From an uncultured Gemmatimonadaceae bacterium (lineage in GTDB: Bacteria; Gemmatimonadota; Gemmatimonadetes; Gemmatimonadales; Gemmatimonadaceae): 64,000 bases of DNA. The notes below the pieces were generated by a model, which was not told the DNA's origin, did not search any database, and saw only the letters and a program-made list of their open reading frames with translations. A program made the position numbers and the translations under genes. The stretch spans positions 384,001 through 448,000 of the forward strand of contig CAWFQK010000001.1 of the NCBI GenBank assembly GCA_963817955.1. The letters run 5' to 3'. Positions 20,428 through 32,401 of the stretch are shown in pieces. Every line of letters begins with the position of its first letter. Position 1 is the first letter of the stretch.

Positions 20428-23034
20428 CTATAGGATGGACACGGCGACTGGAAGTTTTGCCAGCGTCGTCGCCAGCGACATTGAGCCAGAGGCGACCTCG
20501 ACCGCATCCCCTAGCAAGTGCGATTGCCACAGTGCCGACGCAACGTGGTCGGGGAGCACGACCGCTGTGTTCCCCCACCATTGGGCGTTCTCTTTGGCAA
20601 CAAGCGTGCAGACGAGGCGCGATGCGATGGTGATGGCGTGGTGGGCGCCGAAGCTGCGCAAGAAGGCAAAGACATGCCCGGCACGTTCGCCACGTACGTC
20701 GAGTGGACGATAGGCACCTCGCGTCATGAGATCCGGGTGGCTACGGCGCAACGCGAGCAACCGGTGCGTCACGAACAGCTTGGTGCGACCGTCAAACCAA
20801 TCGGCCGTGCCATCCTGCAACCGCCTGGCGACATCGGCCGTATCGGCGAGCACGGCGACGCGCGCATCGTAATCCACTTGACGCCGGTTGTCCGGATCGA
20901 CCAAGGCATAGTTCCAGAGCTCGTCGCCCTGGTAGAGATCCGGTGTTCCGGGCGACGTGAGATGGATGGCAATGCGCGAGAGCGCGTTCCACGCTCCCGC
21001 CTGCGCGATGCGCGCCACGAAGCGGGCGACGTCCGATAGAAACGGAGTGTCATCCGACGGCTCGAGCGCGGCGGACACAAAGCTCATAAGAGCGTTTTCG
21101 TATGCCGGGTCGGGCTGGACCCAGCTCGTGCGAAGCCTGGCTTCGCGGGCCGCCTTGAGCAGGTACGCGGCGAGCCGCTCGCATGCTCCGTCGAGCCATG
21201 CACGATCGGGTAGGTCATCGATCCGACGGCCGGAGCGCGGCGGCGGCCAGAGCGACACCAGCATCTGATAGAACAGGTACTCGGTGTTCGTGTCCGGAGC
21301 CATGCGACCGTCCACCGTGCGCCGATGTTTACCATTGAGCCGGCGCCAACGTTTGAGCGAACGCTCCCATTCCCGCGGCAGCTCACTGAGCACGTCGAGG
21401 CGCGCTCGCACGTCGGCGCTTCGCTTTGTGTCGTGCGTGTTCGTGGTGGTGAGCGCCTGGGGCCACCGCGTGGCACGCGTGGCATTCGCCACATGGAGCC
21501 GCGGTATCGCGTCGTCGAGCAGACGTGCCGGCGTTCCCCCAACCTCATCGCGAGAGGCGAGCGGTACATACACGTAGAGCGCCGTGTCCTCCACCCCTTT
21601 TGCCGTTGCCGGCCCGCTCAGCTGCTGCAGCCGCTGCGCAAAGGTCAAGCGCGATCCCGGGTCCGCGTTCGGCACGCGATCCAACAGCAGGTCGCGAATG
21701 AACGTCACGCACTCAGTCTGCGGGAGCGCAGCGGCTGCCTGTTCGATGACCGCTGCATCCGCAGGATCGACGGGGTTGGCGTCGATGTACGTCCTATACA
21801 CGGGGAGCGCGGACAGGAATTGCACGAGCGCGTCGGTCAACTCCTGCGTCGTCCATCGGTGGCCCGTGGCGCGTGCGATCGGTGCGAGAAGGAACACCAG
21901 GCGCGCGACGTCTGCTCGGAGCGGGCCAGTGAGCATCGCGGTCTTTCCTGCGTTGGCGACATCGCCGAACGTCTTGTGGCCGAGTTTGCGCATGCGACGG
22001 TAGCAATCGTCGAGCTCGGCGAACCCGGCAGCGTCGATGAACACCTCCTCGACATCGTTGAGAAACTCATAACCCGTCGTGCCGGTCACCGGCCATGAGG
22101 CGCGGAGCTGCTCGTGCGACGACAGGATCTTCTCCACGAAGAGCGGCATGTCGCGCGGCGTGACGCTGCGCAGGCGGGCGAGATACGCTGCCGGATCGAG
22201 GAGCCCGTCGATGTGATCGATACGCACCCCGTCGATCACGCCGCTCCGAATCAGCTCGAGCACGAAGCCGTGCGTCTCATGGAAAACCACCGGGTCTTCC
22301 ATGCGGAGCGCCACGAGATCATTCACGTCGAAGAATCGCCGGTAATTGATCTCTGTCGCCGCGCGCCGCCACGACACGAGGCAATAATGCTGCGCATGGA
22401 GCAACGCGCGTAACCGGACGCGTCCTTCGGGGGCGGAATACTGCGTCGCCAACTCGCCCGTCTCCTCCGTGTCGAACTGCACCAGCTGCAGCTCCGCCGG
22501 CAGCGACCCGAAGTCGATGGGAAAACTGTGCGAGAAATACACGATGCGCGGGGTGTCGCCCTCACGAATGCGGAGCGTGATCTCCCCCCGTCCGATCACC
22601 GCATCGAGCTCATCGCCAAGCACCGGCAGTACGACCTGGCGGCCGTGGCCGTCGCGCGGCGACCAATCGATGTCGAACCAGCGCGCGTAGCGCGATCGCT
22701 CGCCGTGCGTCAGGACATCGTCCCAGTACGGATTCTCGGCACCAGTGCCCATATGATTGGGCACGATGTCGACGATCAGTCCCATCTCGCGCGCGTGAAG
22801 GTCGGTCGATAGTGCGCGGAGATCGGCGTCAGTCCCCAACTCCGGATTCACGCGGCACGGATCGACGACGTCGTAGCCGTGCATGCTGCCGTGGCGCGCG
22901 GCGAGAATGGGCGACAGATACAAATGCGAAACGCCAAGTTGCTCAAAATAGTCCAGCCGCCGTCGCGCATCCTCCAGGGTGAAGCCGGCGTTCATCTGCA
23001 GACGGTACGTCGCTGTCAGGCGCGGATTCTCCAT
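20428..23034 (-). CDS. treY: Malto-oligosyltrehalose synthase
   Basis: ATYRLQ, HGYDVVD, DIVPNHM, INYRRFFDVN, RIDHIDGL, VEKIL, THDTKRS and LVDPDNRR. Confidence 0.96.
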   Translation of the reverse strand: MENPRLTATYRLQMNAGFTLEDARRRLDYFEQLGVSHLYLSPILAARHGSMHGYDVVDPCRVNPELGTDADLRALSTDLHAREMGLIVDIVPNHMGTGAENPYWDDVLTHGERSRYARWFDIDWSPRDGHGRQVVLPVLGDELDAVIGRGEITLRIREGDTPRIVYFSHSFPIDFGSLPAELQLVQFDTEETGELATQYSAPEGRVRLRALLHAQHYCLVSWRRAATEINYRRFFDVNDLVALRMEDPVVFHETHGFVLELIRSGVIDGVRIDHIDGLLDPAAYLARLRSVTPRDMPLFVEKILSSHEQLRASWPVTGTTGYEFLNDVEEVFIDAAGFAELDDCYRRMRKLGHKTFGDVANAGKTAMLTGPLRADVARLVFLLAPIARATGHRWTTQELTDALVQFLSALPVYRTYIDANPVDPADAAVIEQAAAALPQTECVTFIRDLLLDRVPNADPGSRLTFAQRLQQLSGPATAKGVEDTALYVYVPLASRDEVGGTPARLLDDAIPRLHVANATRATRWPQALTTTNTHDTKRSADVRARLDVLSELPREWERSLKRWRRLNGKHRRTVDGRMAPDTNTEYLFYQMLVSLWPPPRSGRRIDDLPDRAWLDGACERLAAYLLKAAREARLRTSWVQPDPAYENALMSFVSAALEPSDDTPFLSDVARFVARIAQAGAWNALSRIAIHLTSPGTPDLYQGDELWNYALVDPDNRRQVDYDARVAVLADTADVARRLQDGTADWFDGRTKLFVTHRLLALRRSHPDLMTRGAYRPLDVRGERAGHVFAFLRSFGAHHAITIASRLVCTLVAKENAQWWGNTAVVLPDHVASALWQSHLLGDAVEVASGSMSLATTLAKLPVAVSIL

Positions 23035-23037
23035 GAG

Positions 23038-25233
23038 TCATCCGATGACGACGTTGGATCGCACGCGCCCGTCACAGCGAAGCGCGGCACGCACCTCGTC
23101 GCTCTCCGTGATCACCTCCAACGGCTGCCTCATCTTGCGCGTCCAGCTCGGATGCAGGTCCGCACCGACGCCAGGTATGTTCACCGCCTCCTCTTCACCG
23201 ACAAGATCGTCGAGCGACAATCCGACGAGCTGCGACGGCGTGCGACAGAGAAAACCGTGTACGGCCGCGCACAGATCCTCCGGTGAATACACGTAGCCCG
23301 GACCGCGAATCACTTTCTCGTGCGTCAGCCGGGCGAGCAGTGCGTCAACATCCTGCTGGCGCTCCACCCGCGCCCGCGCCGCATCGGCATCGCTGCCAAT
23401 GAGACCCACGCGGCGCCTTGCATCGATGTCGCGCCCAGACCAGAACCCGGCGAGCGGCGGCATGTCGTGCGTGTTCGCCGTGGCCAGCGCCAACGAGGGA
23501 TAACTGCGCGACGGTTTGTAACGCCCGCGCCTGTCTCGCTCGAAGTACAACACCTTCGATGACAGCACGCCCCACTTCTTCAGCGCCGGTGGCACGTTGG
23601 ACGGAACGGTCCCGAGATCCTCGCCCACGACCACGGCCGCATTTCGCACGCTCTCTAGCGCGATGATGCCCAGCAGATCCTCGAACGGATACTGCACGTA
23701 CGCGCCATGCTCGGCCCCTTTCCCGTCGGGAATCCAGAACAGGCGCGACAACCCCATCACGTGATCGATCCGCAGCGCCCCCGCATGTCGGAAACCGGCG
23801 CGCACGAGGTCGATAAAGTAGCGGTACCGATCTCTGCGCAACGCACGCGGATCGATCGGCGGCACCCCCCACACCTGGCCGCTGGCGGCGTATGGGTCTG
23901 GTGGCGCCCCCACGCTCACGCCGCTCACGAACAGGTGCGGATCGGACCACACATCCGCGCCTCCCGGCGACGTGCCGATCGCAAGATCCTGATACAGTCC
24001 GATCCGCATGCCCGCGTCGTGCGCCCGCACGGCAGACGCGGCCAACTGTCGATCGGCTTCGAATTGCAGCCACTTGTGGTACGTGACGCGCTCGGAATGC
24101 GTGCGACGGAGCGCGGTCACGGCGGCCGATGCTGGATCGCGCAGGTCGTTGGGCCAAGTCCGCCAGTCGCTTCCATGACCCGCCATTTCGGCGAGCGTCA
24201 TCCATGTGGCGAATCGGTCGAGCGCCACTCCCTGCACGTCGACATAGGCGCAGAAGGCTCGATCGCGCACGGTGCCCGATCCGCGTACGCGCTCGGTGAA
24301 CACCTTGAACAGTGCGTCGAGCACGAGGCCCTTGACGCCCATCACTTGTTCGTAGCGCACCGTTGAGGATTCACGTAACGCGTGCAGCTGGGCCTCGAGC
24401 TCTGTCGACGTGATGGCCTCTCGCAGCTCCGGCGCCTGCTCCAGCTCCGGTACGCATGCAACATCTATGTAGATCGGATTGCGAAACAGCCGGCTCACGG
24501 GACTGTACGGACTGACGTCGGCGCCCCGATTGAGCATTGCGTGCAGCGGGTTCACGCCAACGAAGTCAGCGCCCACTGTCGCGCCCCATTCGGCGAGTGA
24601 CGCAAGATCGGAGAAATCGCCGACGCCCCAGTTTCTGTCGCTTCGCACGGAATACAGGTTGGCAATCAGGCCGAACGCACCGACGGCACCAATGCAGTCC
24701 GCCGGCGTCACGCAACGCGGCGGCACCACGATCAGCGCCTGCTCGCCCATCCATTCTTTTCCGCCGGCGCCGAGCGACACGCGCACACGATGGTACCCCA
24801 GCGGAAGCGGCGACAGCCGCAGAGTCAACGACCCTCTGCCTTGCCACTGACCTTCCGTTACCTGCAGATCACCTTCGTCCGTCTGGATCTCGAGCCGCCA
24901 CGACCCACCGTTCGCGCGGCCGGCGGGAGGGCGGACGAGCACATTCGCCGACTCAGCCACTCGCAGCACGCGCACGGGCGCGAGCAACTCCTCGCGCTCA
25001 TCTGAGCGCCACGCGGCAAGCGATTCGGCGGCCGCTTCCTCGCTCGACACGTCGAGCCCCAGCGCGCCGAGCAGGTCGCGCCGAGTCGCGTCACTCGTGC
25101 ACCGCTTTGCCTTCCCCGTCTGATCGACGTACTCGTCGATGATGCCGACGGATCGCGACAACACCCGCAGCGCCGAATCACTCGTGTCGCGCGACGTGTC
25201 GCGCGGCGTGCCGCGCACTGCACTCCGACTCAC
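23038..25233 (-). CDS. malQ: 4-alpha-glucanotransferase (amylomaltase)
   Basis: LYSVRS..NWGVGDF, SPYSPVSR, DLAIG, LRIDHVMGL, GEDLGTVP and THD; GTG 25233 overlaps the glgB stop. Confidence 0.94.
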   Translation of the reverse strand: MSRSAVRGTPRDTSRDTSDSALRVLSRSVGIIDEYVDQTGKAKRCTSDATRRDLLGALGLDVSSEEAAAESLAAWRSDEREELLAPVRVLRVAESANVLVRPPAGRANGGSWRLEIQTDEGDLQVTEGQWQGRGSLTLRLSPLPLGYHRVRVSLGAGGKEWMGEQALIVVPPRCVTPADCIGAVGAFGLIANLYSVRSDRNWGVGDFSDLASLAEWGATVGADFVGVNPLHAMLNRGADVSPYSPVSRLFRNPIYIDVACVPELEQAPELREAITSTELEAQLHALRESSTVRYEQVMGVKGLVLDALFKVFTERVRGSGTVRDRAFCAYVDVQGVALDRFATWMTLAEMAGHGSDWRTWPNDLRDPASAAVTALRRTHSERVTYHKWLQFEADRQLAASAVRAHDAGMRIGLYQDLAIGTSPGGADVWSDPHLFVSGVSVGAPPDPYAASGQVWGVPPIDPRALRRDRYRYFIDLVRAGFRHAGALRIDHVMGLSRLFWIPDGKGAEHGAYVQYPFEDLLGIIALESVRNAAVVVGEDLGTVPSNVPPALKKWGVLSSKVLYFERDRRGRYKPSRSYPSLALATANTHDMPPLAGFWSGRDIDARRRVGLIGSDADAARARVERQQDVDALLARLTHEKVIRGPGYVYSPEDLCAAVHGFLCRTPSQLVGLSLDDLVGEEEAVNIPGVGADLHPSWTRKMRQPLEVITESDEVRAALRCDGRVRSNVVIG

Positions 25234-27485
25234 GGCAACGCTGGGGCAAGCACGAGTGCACCCAACGGCGGCAACGTCACTGCGATCGACTGTGGATAGC
25301 CGTGAACGGGCAATGGCTCGCTCGCGACGCCATGGAACGCGCCGAATCCGCTGCCACCCCACTCGAGATCATCGCTCGACAGCAGCCGCTCGTACCACCC
25401 ACCCGTTGGCACGCCGATGCGATAGCCCTCGCGCGGAACGGGCGTGAGGTTGAGGACCACCACCGCCAGCGACGGCCCGGCGCTACGCACGAACGAAATG
25501 ACCGAGTTCTCCCGGTCCGCGACGTCGATCCAGCGGAACCCCTCCCAACTCGGATCCTCGCGCCAGAATGCCGGCTCGTGCTTGTACATGGTGGCCAGCC
25601 GCGAAAGAAAGCGGCCGAGCGCGGTGCGGTTCGGATCGTCGCGCAAATGCCAGTCGAGGCTGATGTCGTGGTTCCACTCGTTCCACGACCCCAGCTCGGT
25701 CCCCATGAACATCAGCTTCTTGCCGGGACGTGTGAACATGTACGCGAGCAGCAGGCGCAGATTCGCGAGCCGCTGCCATTCGTCGCCCGGCATCTTCGTG
25801 AGCAACGAGCCCTTGCCGTGTACCATCTCGTCGTGCGACAGCGGCATGATGAACCGCTCGCTGTACTCGTACAGCATGGCGAACGTGATCTGGTCGTGTT
25901 GGAAACGACGATGCACGGGATCGAGCGCGAAGTACCCGAGGGTATCGTGCATCCACCCCATGTTCCACTTGAAGGTGAATCCAAGCCCTCCCTGGTCTAC
26001 CGGCGTCGTGACCCCGGGCCACGCCGTGGATTCCTCGGCGATCGTGATGGCGCCGGGACACTCGTGCCGGATCGTTCGATTGAACTGCGTGAGAAAGTCA
26101 ATCGCGTCGAGATTCTCGCGCCCGCCGTAACGATTGCGCAGCCACTCCCCCGCCTTCCGGCTGTAATCCAGATAGAGCATCGATGCGACGGCATCCACAC
26201 GCAACCCGTCTATGTGGAACTCGCCGATCCAGTACAGCGCGTTGGCAATGAGAAAATTACGAACTTCGTTGCGACCGTAGTTGAAGATGAGCGTCCCCCA
26301 ATCCGGGTGCTCGCCGAGCCGCGGATCTTCATGTTCGAACAACGCAGTTCCGTCGAACCGGCGCAGGGCGTAGTCGTCCTTCGGGAAGTGCGCCGGCACC
26401 CAGTCGAGGAACACGCCGATGTCGTTCTGATGCAGCGTATCCACGAGGTACCGCAGCTCGTCGGGCGTGCCGTAGCGCGAGCTCGGCGCGTAATACCCGC
26501 TCACCTGATAGCCCCACGAGCCGTAGAACGGATGCTCCATGATCGGCAGCAGCTCCACGTGGGTGAAGCCGAGCGCTCTCACGTGCTCCGCCAGGCGCGG
26601 CGCGATCTCGCGATAACTCAGCACGCGATCGCCTTCTTCCGGCACGCGCGCCCACGAGCCGAGGTGCACCTCGTAGATCGACATCGGCGCGCGCAGTGGA
26701 TCGGCATCGCGCCGCGCCGACAACCAATCTTGGTCGTTCCAGTGATAGCGACTTTCCGCTTGCACGATGGACGCGGTGCCGGGGTACTGCTCCATCTTTG
26801 CCGCAAACGGATCCGTCTTCAGCCGTATCGCATGTTCGTGCGTCAACAACTCGAACTTGTACAGCACGTCGGGTTTGATGTCGGGAAGAAAGATCTCCCA
26901 GACACCAGAGCTGCCCAGCATCCGCATGGGGAACATGCGACCGTCCCAGCCGCAGAAGGCGCCGACGACGCTCACGCGGCGCGCATTCGGCGCCCAGACG
27001 GCAAAGCTCACACCCTGGACACCGTCCACGGTGCGCACGTGTGCACCGAGCTTCTTCCACAGCTCGCGGTGCGTACCTTCGTTGAACAGGTGCAGATCCA
27101 CTTCGCCAAGTGTTGGCGGAAAGCGGTACGGGTCACCGCGTTCCCACATCGCGCCGTCGGCGTAATAGATCCGGTATTGATAGTCGAGCGGCAGCGTCGC
27201 ATCGGCGATGCATGCGCCATAGAGGTCGGAAAGGCCTTCGGCTTCACGTGTCATCTGTACCACCCGGCCATCCCGCGTCCAGCACTCCACGCGCACCGCA
27301 TTGGGAACGAGCAGGCGGACGACCACCCCATGGTGTTCGCCAACCATCGCTGGATGCGCCCCCAGGATCGAATGCGGGCTCGCGTGCTCGCCGGCGAGCA
27401 GCCGATCGAGATCAGCCTGATCGACAGGCGGCAAACCGCGCGGCGCGCGTTTCGTGCGCGTCGCGGGCTTCTTCTTTTCAACCAT
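25230..27485 (-). CDS. glgB: 1,4-alpha-glucan branching enzyme
   Basis: FAVWAPNA, YEVHLGSW, SWGYQ, DWVPAHF, DGLRVDAVASM, AEESTAW and PLSHDE. Confidence 0.97.
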   Translation of the reverse strand: MVEKKKPATRTKRAPRGLPPVDQADLDRLLAGEHASPHSILGAHPAMVGEHHGVVVRLLVPNAVRVECWTRDGRVVQMTREAEGLSDLYGACIADATLPLDYQYRIYYADGAMWERGDPYRFPPTLGEVDLHLFNEGTHRELWKKLGAHVRTVDGVQGVSFAVWAPNARRVSVVGAFCGWDGRMFPMRMLGSSGVWEIFLPDIKPDVLYKFELLTHEHAIRLKTDPFAAKMEQYPGTASIVQAESRYHWNDQDWLSARRDADPLRAPMSIYEVHLGSWARVPEEGDRVLSYREIAPRLAEHVRALGFTHVELLPIMEHPFYGSWGYQVSGYYAPSSRYGTPDELRYLVDTLHQNDIGVFLDWVPAHFPKDDYALRRFDGTALFEHEDPRLGEHPDWGTLIFNYGRNEVRNFLIANALYWIGEFHIDGLRVDAVASMLYLDYSRKAGEWLRNRYGGRENLDAIDFLTQFNRTIRHECPGAITIAEESTAWPGVTTPVDQGGLGFTFKWNMGWMHDTLGYFALDPVHRRFQHDQITFAMLYEYSERFIMPLSHDEMVHGKGSLLTKMPGDEWQRLANLRLLLAYMFTRPGKKLMFMGTELGSWNEWNHDISLDWHLRDDPNRTALGRFLSRLATMYKHEPAFWREDPSWEGFRWIDVADRENSVISFVRSAGPSLAVVVLNLTPVPREGYRIGVPTGGWYERLLSSDDLEWGGSGFGAFHGVASEPLPVHGYPQSIAVTLPPLGALVLAPALP

Positions 27486-27497
27486 TCCTATCCCTGT

Positions 27498-29648
<2,151 letters not shown>

Positions 29649-29712
29649 TTACCGGTAACCGGGTGGGTGGACCCAGGCAGGGAGCAAGACGTATTCCCTA
29701 CGATTCAACCGT

Positions 29713-30480
29713 TCAGAGCGCGCGAATCGCCTTGTTTACATAAGTGAAGATCTCGGGGTCCAAGCAGCTCCGTTCCATCATCTTCGGTTCTGTAGTGAAC
29801 GACGCACGCAACGTCTGCTCGATCGCCGGGTTGCCGCCGGTGAACTCGCGCACCAGCTCCCGCCACCGCGTGGCCAGCGGGCGCATCGCCTCGCTCGTCG
29901 GCTCGGTGCCCTTCTGCATTTCGGCGCGCACGCGCGCGATGAGAGTGGGCCATTCCGCCTCCACGGCGCGGATGTGCTCCGGTCCCAGCTCTTCGCCGCG
30001 TCGCTTGATCTCCTGCAACTGCTCGCTCGTGAAGTGCTTCTCGATCATGGTGATACCCTCGATGGCGTTGATGAAGTCGTCGGCCGACGCGGCGGCGCCC
30101 AATTCAAAGCTCGCGGCGAGCGTCTGGAGTAGCAGGACCAACCGCTGCTGCTGACCGATCTGCTCTCGCAGGCGTTCGACGTGCAGTTCGATCGTGCGAC
30201 GTGGGGTGAAGCGCGGCGAGTCGAGGCATTCGCGAACTTCGTCGAGGCTGAAACCAAGTTGCCGCAACGACTTGATCTGCTGCAGCCGCATCAGCTCGTC
30301 CGCACCATACAAGCGATGGTGTGAGTCCGTGTGCTGCGATGGTGGCAGCAATCCAATTTCGTCGTAGTAATGGAGCGTGCGCACCGACAGCCCGGTCCGC
30401 TTCGCCACCTCGCCCACCTTCATTTCGCGCGACCGCACGTAATCAGTCCCCGCTCGTCTTGGCGCCTGGAAATTGATCAT
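29713..30480 (-). CDS. MerR family regulator with TipAS-like C-terminal domain (alternative start 30423)
   Basis: KVGEVAKRTGLSVRTLHYYDEIGLL HTH, LGFSLDEV and C-terminal W..LI......M....P.S.......RW..LV..FTGG. Confidence 0.92.
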   Translation of the reverse strand: MINFQAPRRAGTDYVRSREMKVGEVAKRTGLSVRTLHYYDEIGLLPPSQHTDSHHRLYGADELMRLQQIKSLRQLGFSLDEVRECLDSPRFTPRRTIELHVERLREQIGQQQRLVLLLQTLAASFELGAAASADDFINAIEGITMIEKHFTSEQLQEIKRRGEELGPEHIRAVEAEWPTLIARVRAEMQKGTEPTSEAMRPLATRWRELVREFTGGNPAIEQTLRASFTTEPKMMERSCLDPEIFTYVNKAIRAL

Positions 30481-30486
30481 GACCGA

Positions 30487-30517
30487 ACCGTACAACCTTA
30501 CGTTACGTGAGGTGCAA
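30487..30517 (-). promoter_or_regulatory. MerR-type promoter/operator: TTGCAC-N19-TACGGT with internal dyad
   Basis: The minus strand reads TTGCAC CTCACGTAACGTAAGGTTG TACGGT TCGGTC ATG: 19-bp spacer, dyad ACCTCACGT-A-ACGTAAGGT. Confidence 0.85.
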
Positions 30518-30536
30518 GTCCTGAGTAAGCTTTGAG

Positions 30537-31080
30537 ATGACTGACAGGTATCGATCGGTCGCCTTCGGGATCCGTCGCGCGACTCTTGGAGACGCCACGC
30601 TCCTCGCTGAGCTCGGCGAGCGGTTATTCGATCAGACGTTTGCTCCGCGAAAACGATGCCGAAGACATGCAGCGCTACCTCGCGCAAGCATTCTCGTCCG
30701 AGATCCAGCGCAACGAACTGTCCCACCCAAGCCGCGCCGCATGGATCGCATTCGACCCGCACGACCAGGCGATCGGCTACGCCATGCTCCGCCGTGACAG
30801 CGTCGCCAACGGCCTCACGGCAGTCAGGCCCGCCGAGGTCGAGCGCATCTACGTGGAAAGCGTCTGGCACGGGCGTGGAGTCGGCAAGGCGCTGATGCTC
30901 GCCTGCTTCCACCAAGCACACACGTGGGAGTGCGATGCGATCTGGCTCGGCGTGTGGGAGCGGAATCCGCGAGCAATCGCTTTCTACGAGAAGAGCGGGT
31001 TTCAAGCGATGGGACAACAGACGTTCGTGCTTGGCAGAGACGTTCAGAACGATATCGTCATGGCACGCCCGCTCGGGTGA
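30537..31080 (+). CDS. GNAT N-acetyltransferase (PaiA-like), +1 frameshift near 30645
   Basis: IRRAT..DA..LAELG...F.QTF in one frame continues as ENDAEDM..YL...ERIYV...GRGVGKAL...WLGVWE.N.RAI.FY in the next; one extra C in gctccgcgaa. Confidence 0.85.
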
Positions 31081-31171
31081 GCAGGCCGGGATATTGCCAT
31101 TCGAAATACCGGCAAGCAAAGCGAGTAGAGCGGCAGCGACAGCGACAGCAGCAGCTTGGAGGGACACCTCT

Positions 31172-32017
31172 ATGCAGACGTCACCGACGCCTGGTCGCGG
31201 GAAGTTCGAGGATCATCGCGGTTCCGCGGGTGCGTTCGGAACGCTGGCGATGGGAATCGGCAGTTCGATGGTCGTGTTCGTGCTGAGTCTCTTCTTCATA
31301 CATGATTTCATCAAAGGCTCGAGCGGGAGCGCCGATCTCACGCAGCATGAGGCGGCCGGTGATGTAGGACTGATGCAGGAGACGCCGGCGGAAGCGAGCG
31401 AAGTGCAGTTCGTCACCTTCGTGCTCGACACCGCGCAGGCGCAGTGGACGCAGATTCTGTCGCGCACGACAGGCCAGCCCTGGCACAATGTCACGCTCGT
31501 TCTCTTCCGCGAGGCGACACCTACCGCCTGCGGCGTTTCGCAGACCACCACGGGGCCGTTCTACTGCGCGCGCGACAACCGCGTGTACATCGATCTCTCG
31601 TTCTACGACGAACTGCGTGATCGCTTTGGCGCGCCGGCCGACTTTGCGCAAGCCTACGTCATCGCGCACGAGCTCGGGCATCACGTGCAGCATCTGCTCG
31701 GCACCGACACCAAGGTGCACCGCCTGCAGCACGAGCATCCTGAGCAAGCAGACGCGCTCTCGGTCGCGCTGGAGCTTCAGGCGGATTGTTACGCCGGCGT
31801 GTGGGGATACTACATGCAACAGGATCAGTTATTCGAGTCGGACGACGTGGACGAAGGACTCAACGCCGCCGCCGCTGTAGGCGCCGACCGAATGCTGAAG
31901 GTGGGCCCCGACCATGCGAACACCGACACGTTCACGCACGGACTCTCGACGCAGCGGGCGACGTGGTTCAGGCGAGGGCTTTATTCGGGAGACCCCACGC
32001 AGTGCGGGATGCCATAG
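31172..32017 (+). CDS. Neutral zinc metallopeptidase (YpfJ-like)
   Basis: GPFYC, DFAQAYVIAHELGHHVQ, ELQADCYAG and FTHG; GGAGGG RBS. Confidence 0.9.
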   Translation: MQTSPTPGRGKFEDHRGSAGAFGTLAMGIGSSMVVFVLSLFFIHDFIKGSSGSADLTQHEAAGDVGLMQETPAEASEVQFVTFVLDTAQAQWTQILSRTTGQPWHNVTLVLFREATPTACGVSQTTTGPFYCARDNRVYIDLSFYDELRDRFGAPADFAQAYVIAHELGHHVQHLLGTDTKVHRLQHEHPEQADALSVALELQADCYAGVWGYYMQQDQLFESDDVDEGLNAAAAVGADRMLKVGPDHANTDTFTHGLSTQRATWFRRGLYSGDPTQCGMP

Positions 32018-32377
32018 ACGGCGCAACAGCTTTGAACGCAGAGGTCGCAGAGAACTGCAAAAGAACTGCAGAGGACTGCAAAAGAGAACTGCAAAAGAAC
32101 CAAAAGAACTGCAAAAAAGGACTGGAAAAAAGAACTGCAAAGAGAACGGGAAGCGTACGGAAGAGGGAAGCGCGTATCGGTGGGATGAACTGTGATTGCC
32201 GAGTCCACAATCATTCCGCCTATATCGTTGAAGATCCCGACCTGGGCGATACCATCGAGCATCACGACGGCATCATCCAAGACTTCATGGCGAGACAATC
32301 CTTCATGGTCCTCTGCAGTCCTCTGCAGTTCTCTTGCAGTTCTCTGCGACCTCTGCGTTAAAGCTGTTGCGCCGTCT
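32016..32377. mobile_element. MITE-like element with ~64-bp terminal inverted repeats and internal GAACTGCAAAA tandem units
   Basis: 32016-32080 and 32314-32377 are reverse complements with one indel and one substitution. No target duplication seen, so mobility is inferred. Confidence 0.6.
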
Positions 32378-32401
32378 GCGGTAAGAAGCTGGTGTTCCCC
32401 G

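Noticed and set aside
30481..31167. Extension giving a 484-aa MerR protein
   Set aside because: Antisense to the GNAT gene and runs across the MerR promoter.
32016..32150. Possible CRISPR array
   Set aside because: Units are 10-12 nt with no unique spacers and there are no cas genes; the 21-bp array at 58.6 kb also lacks repeat-spacer structure.
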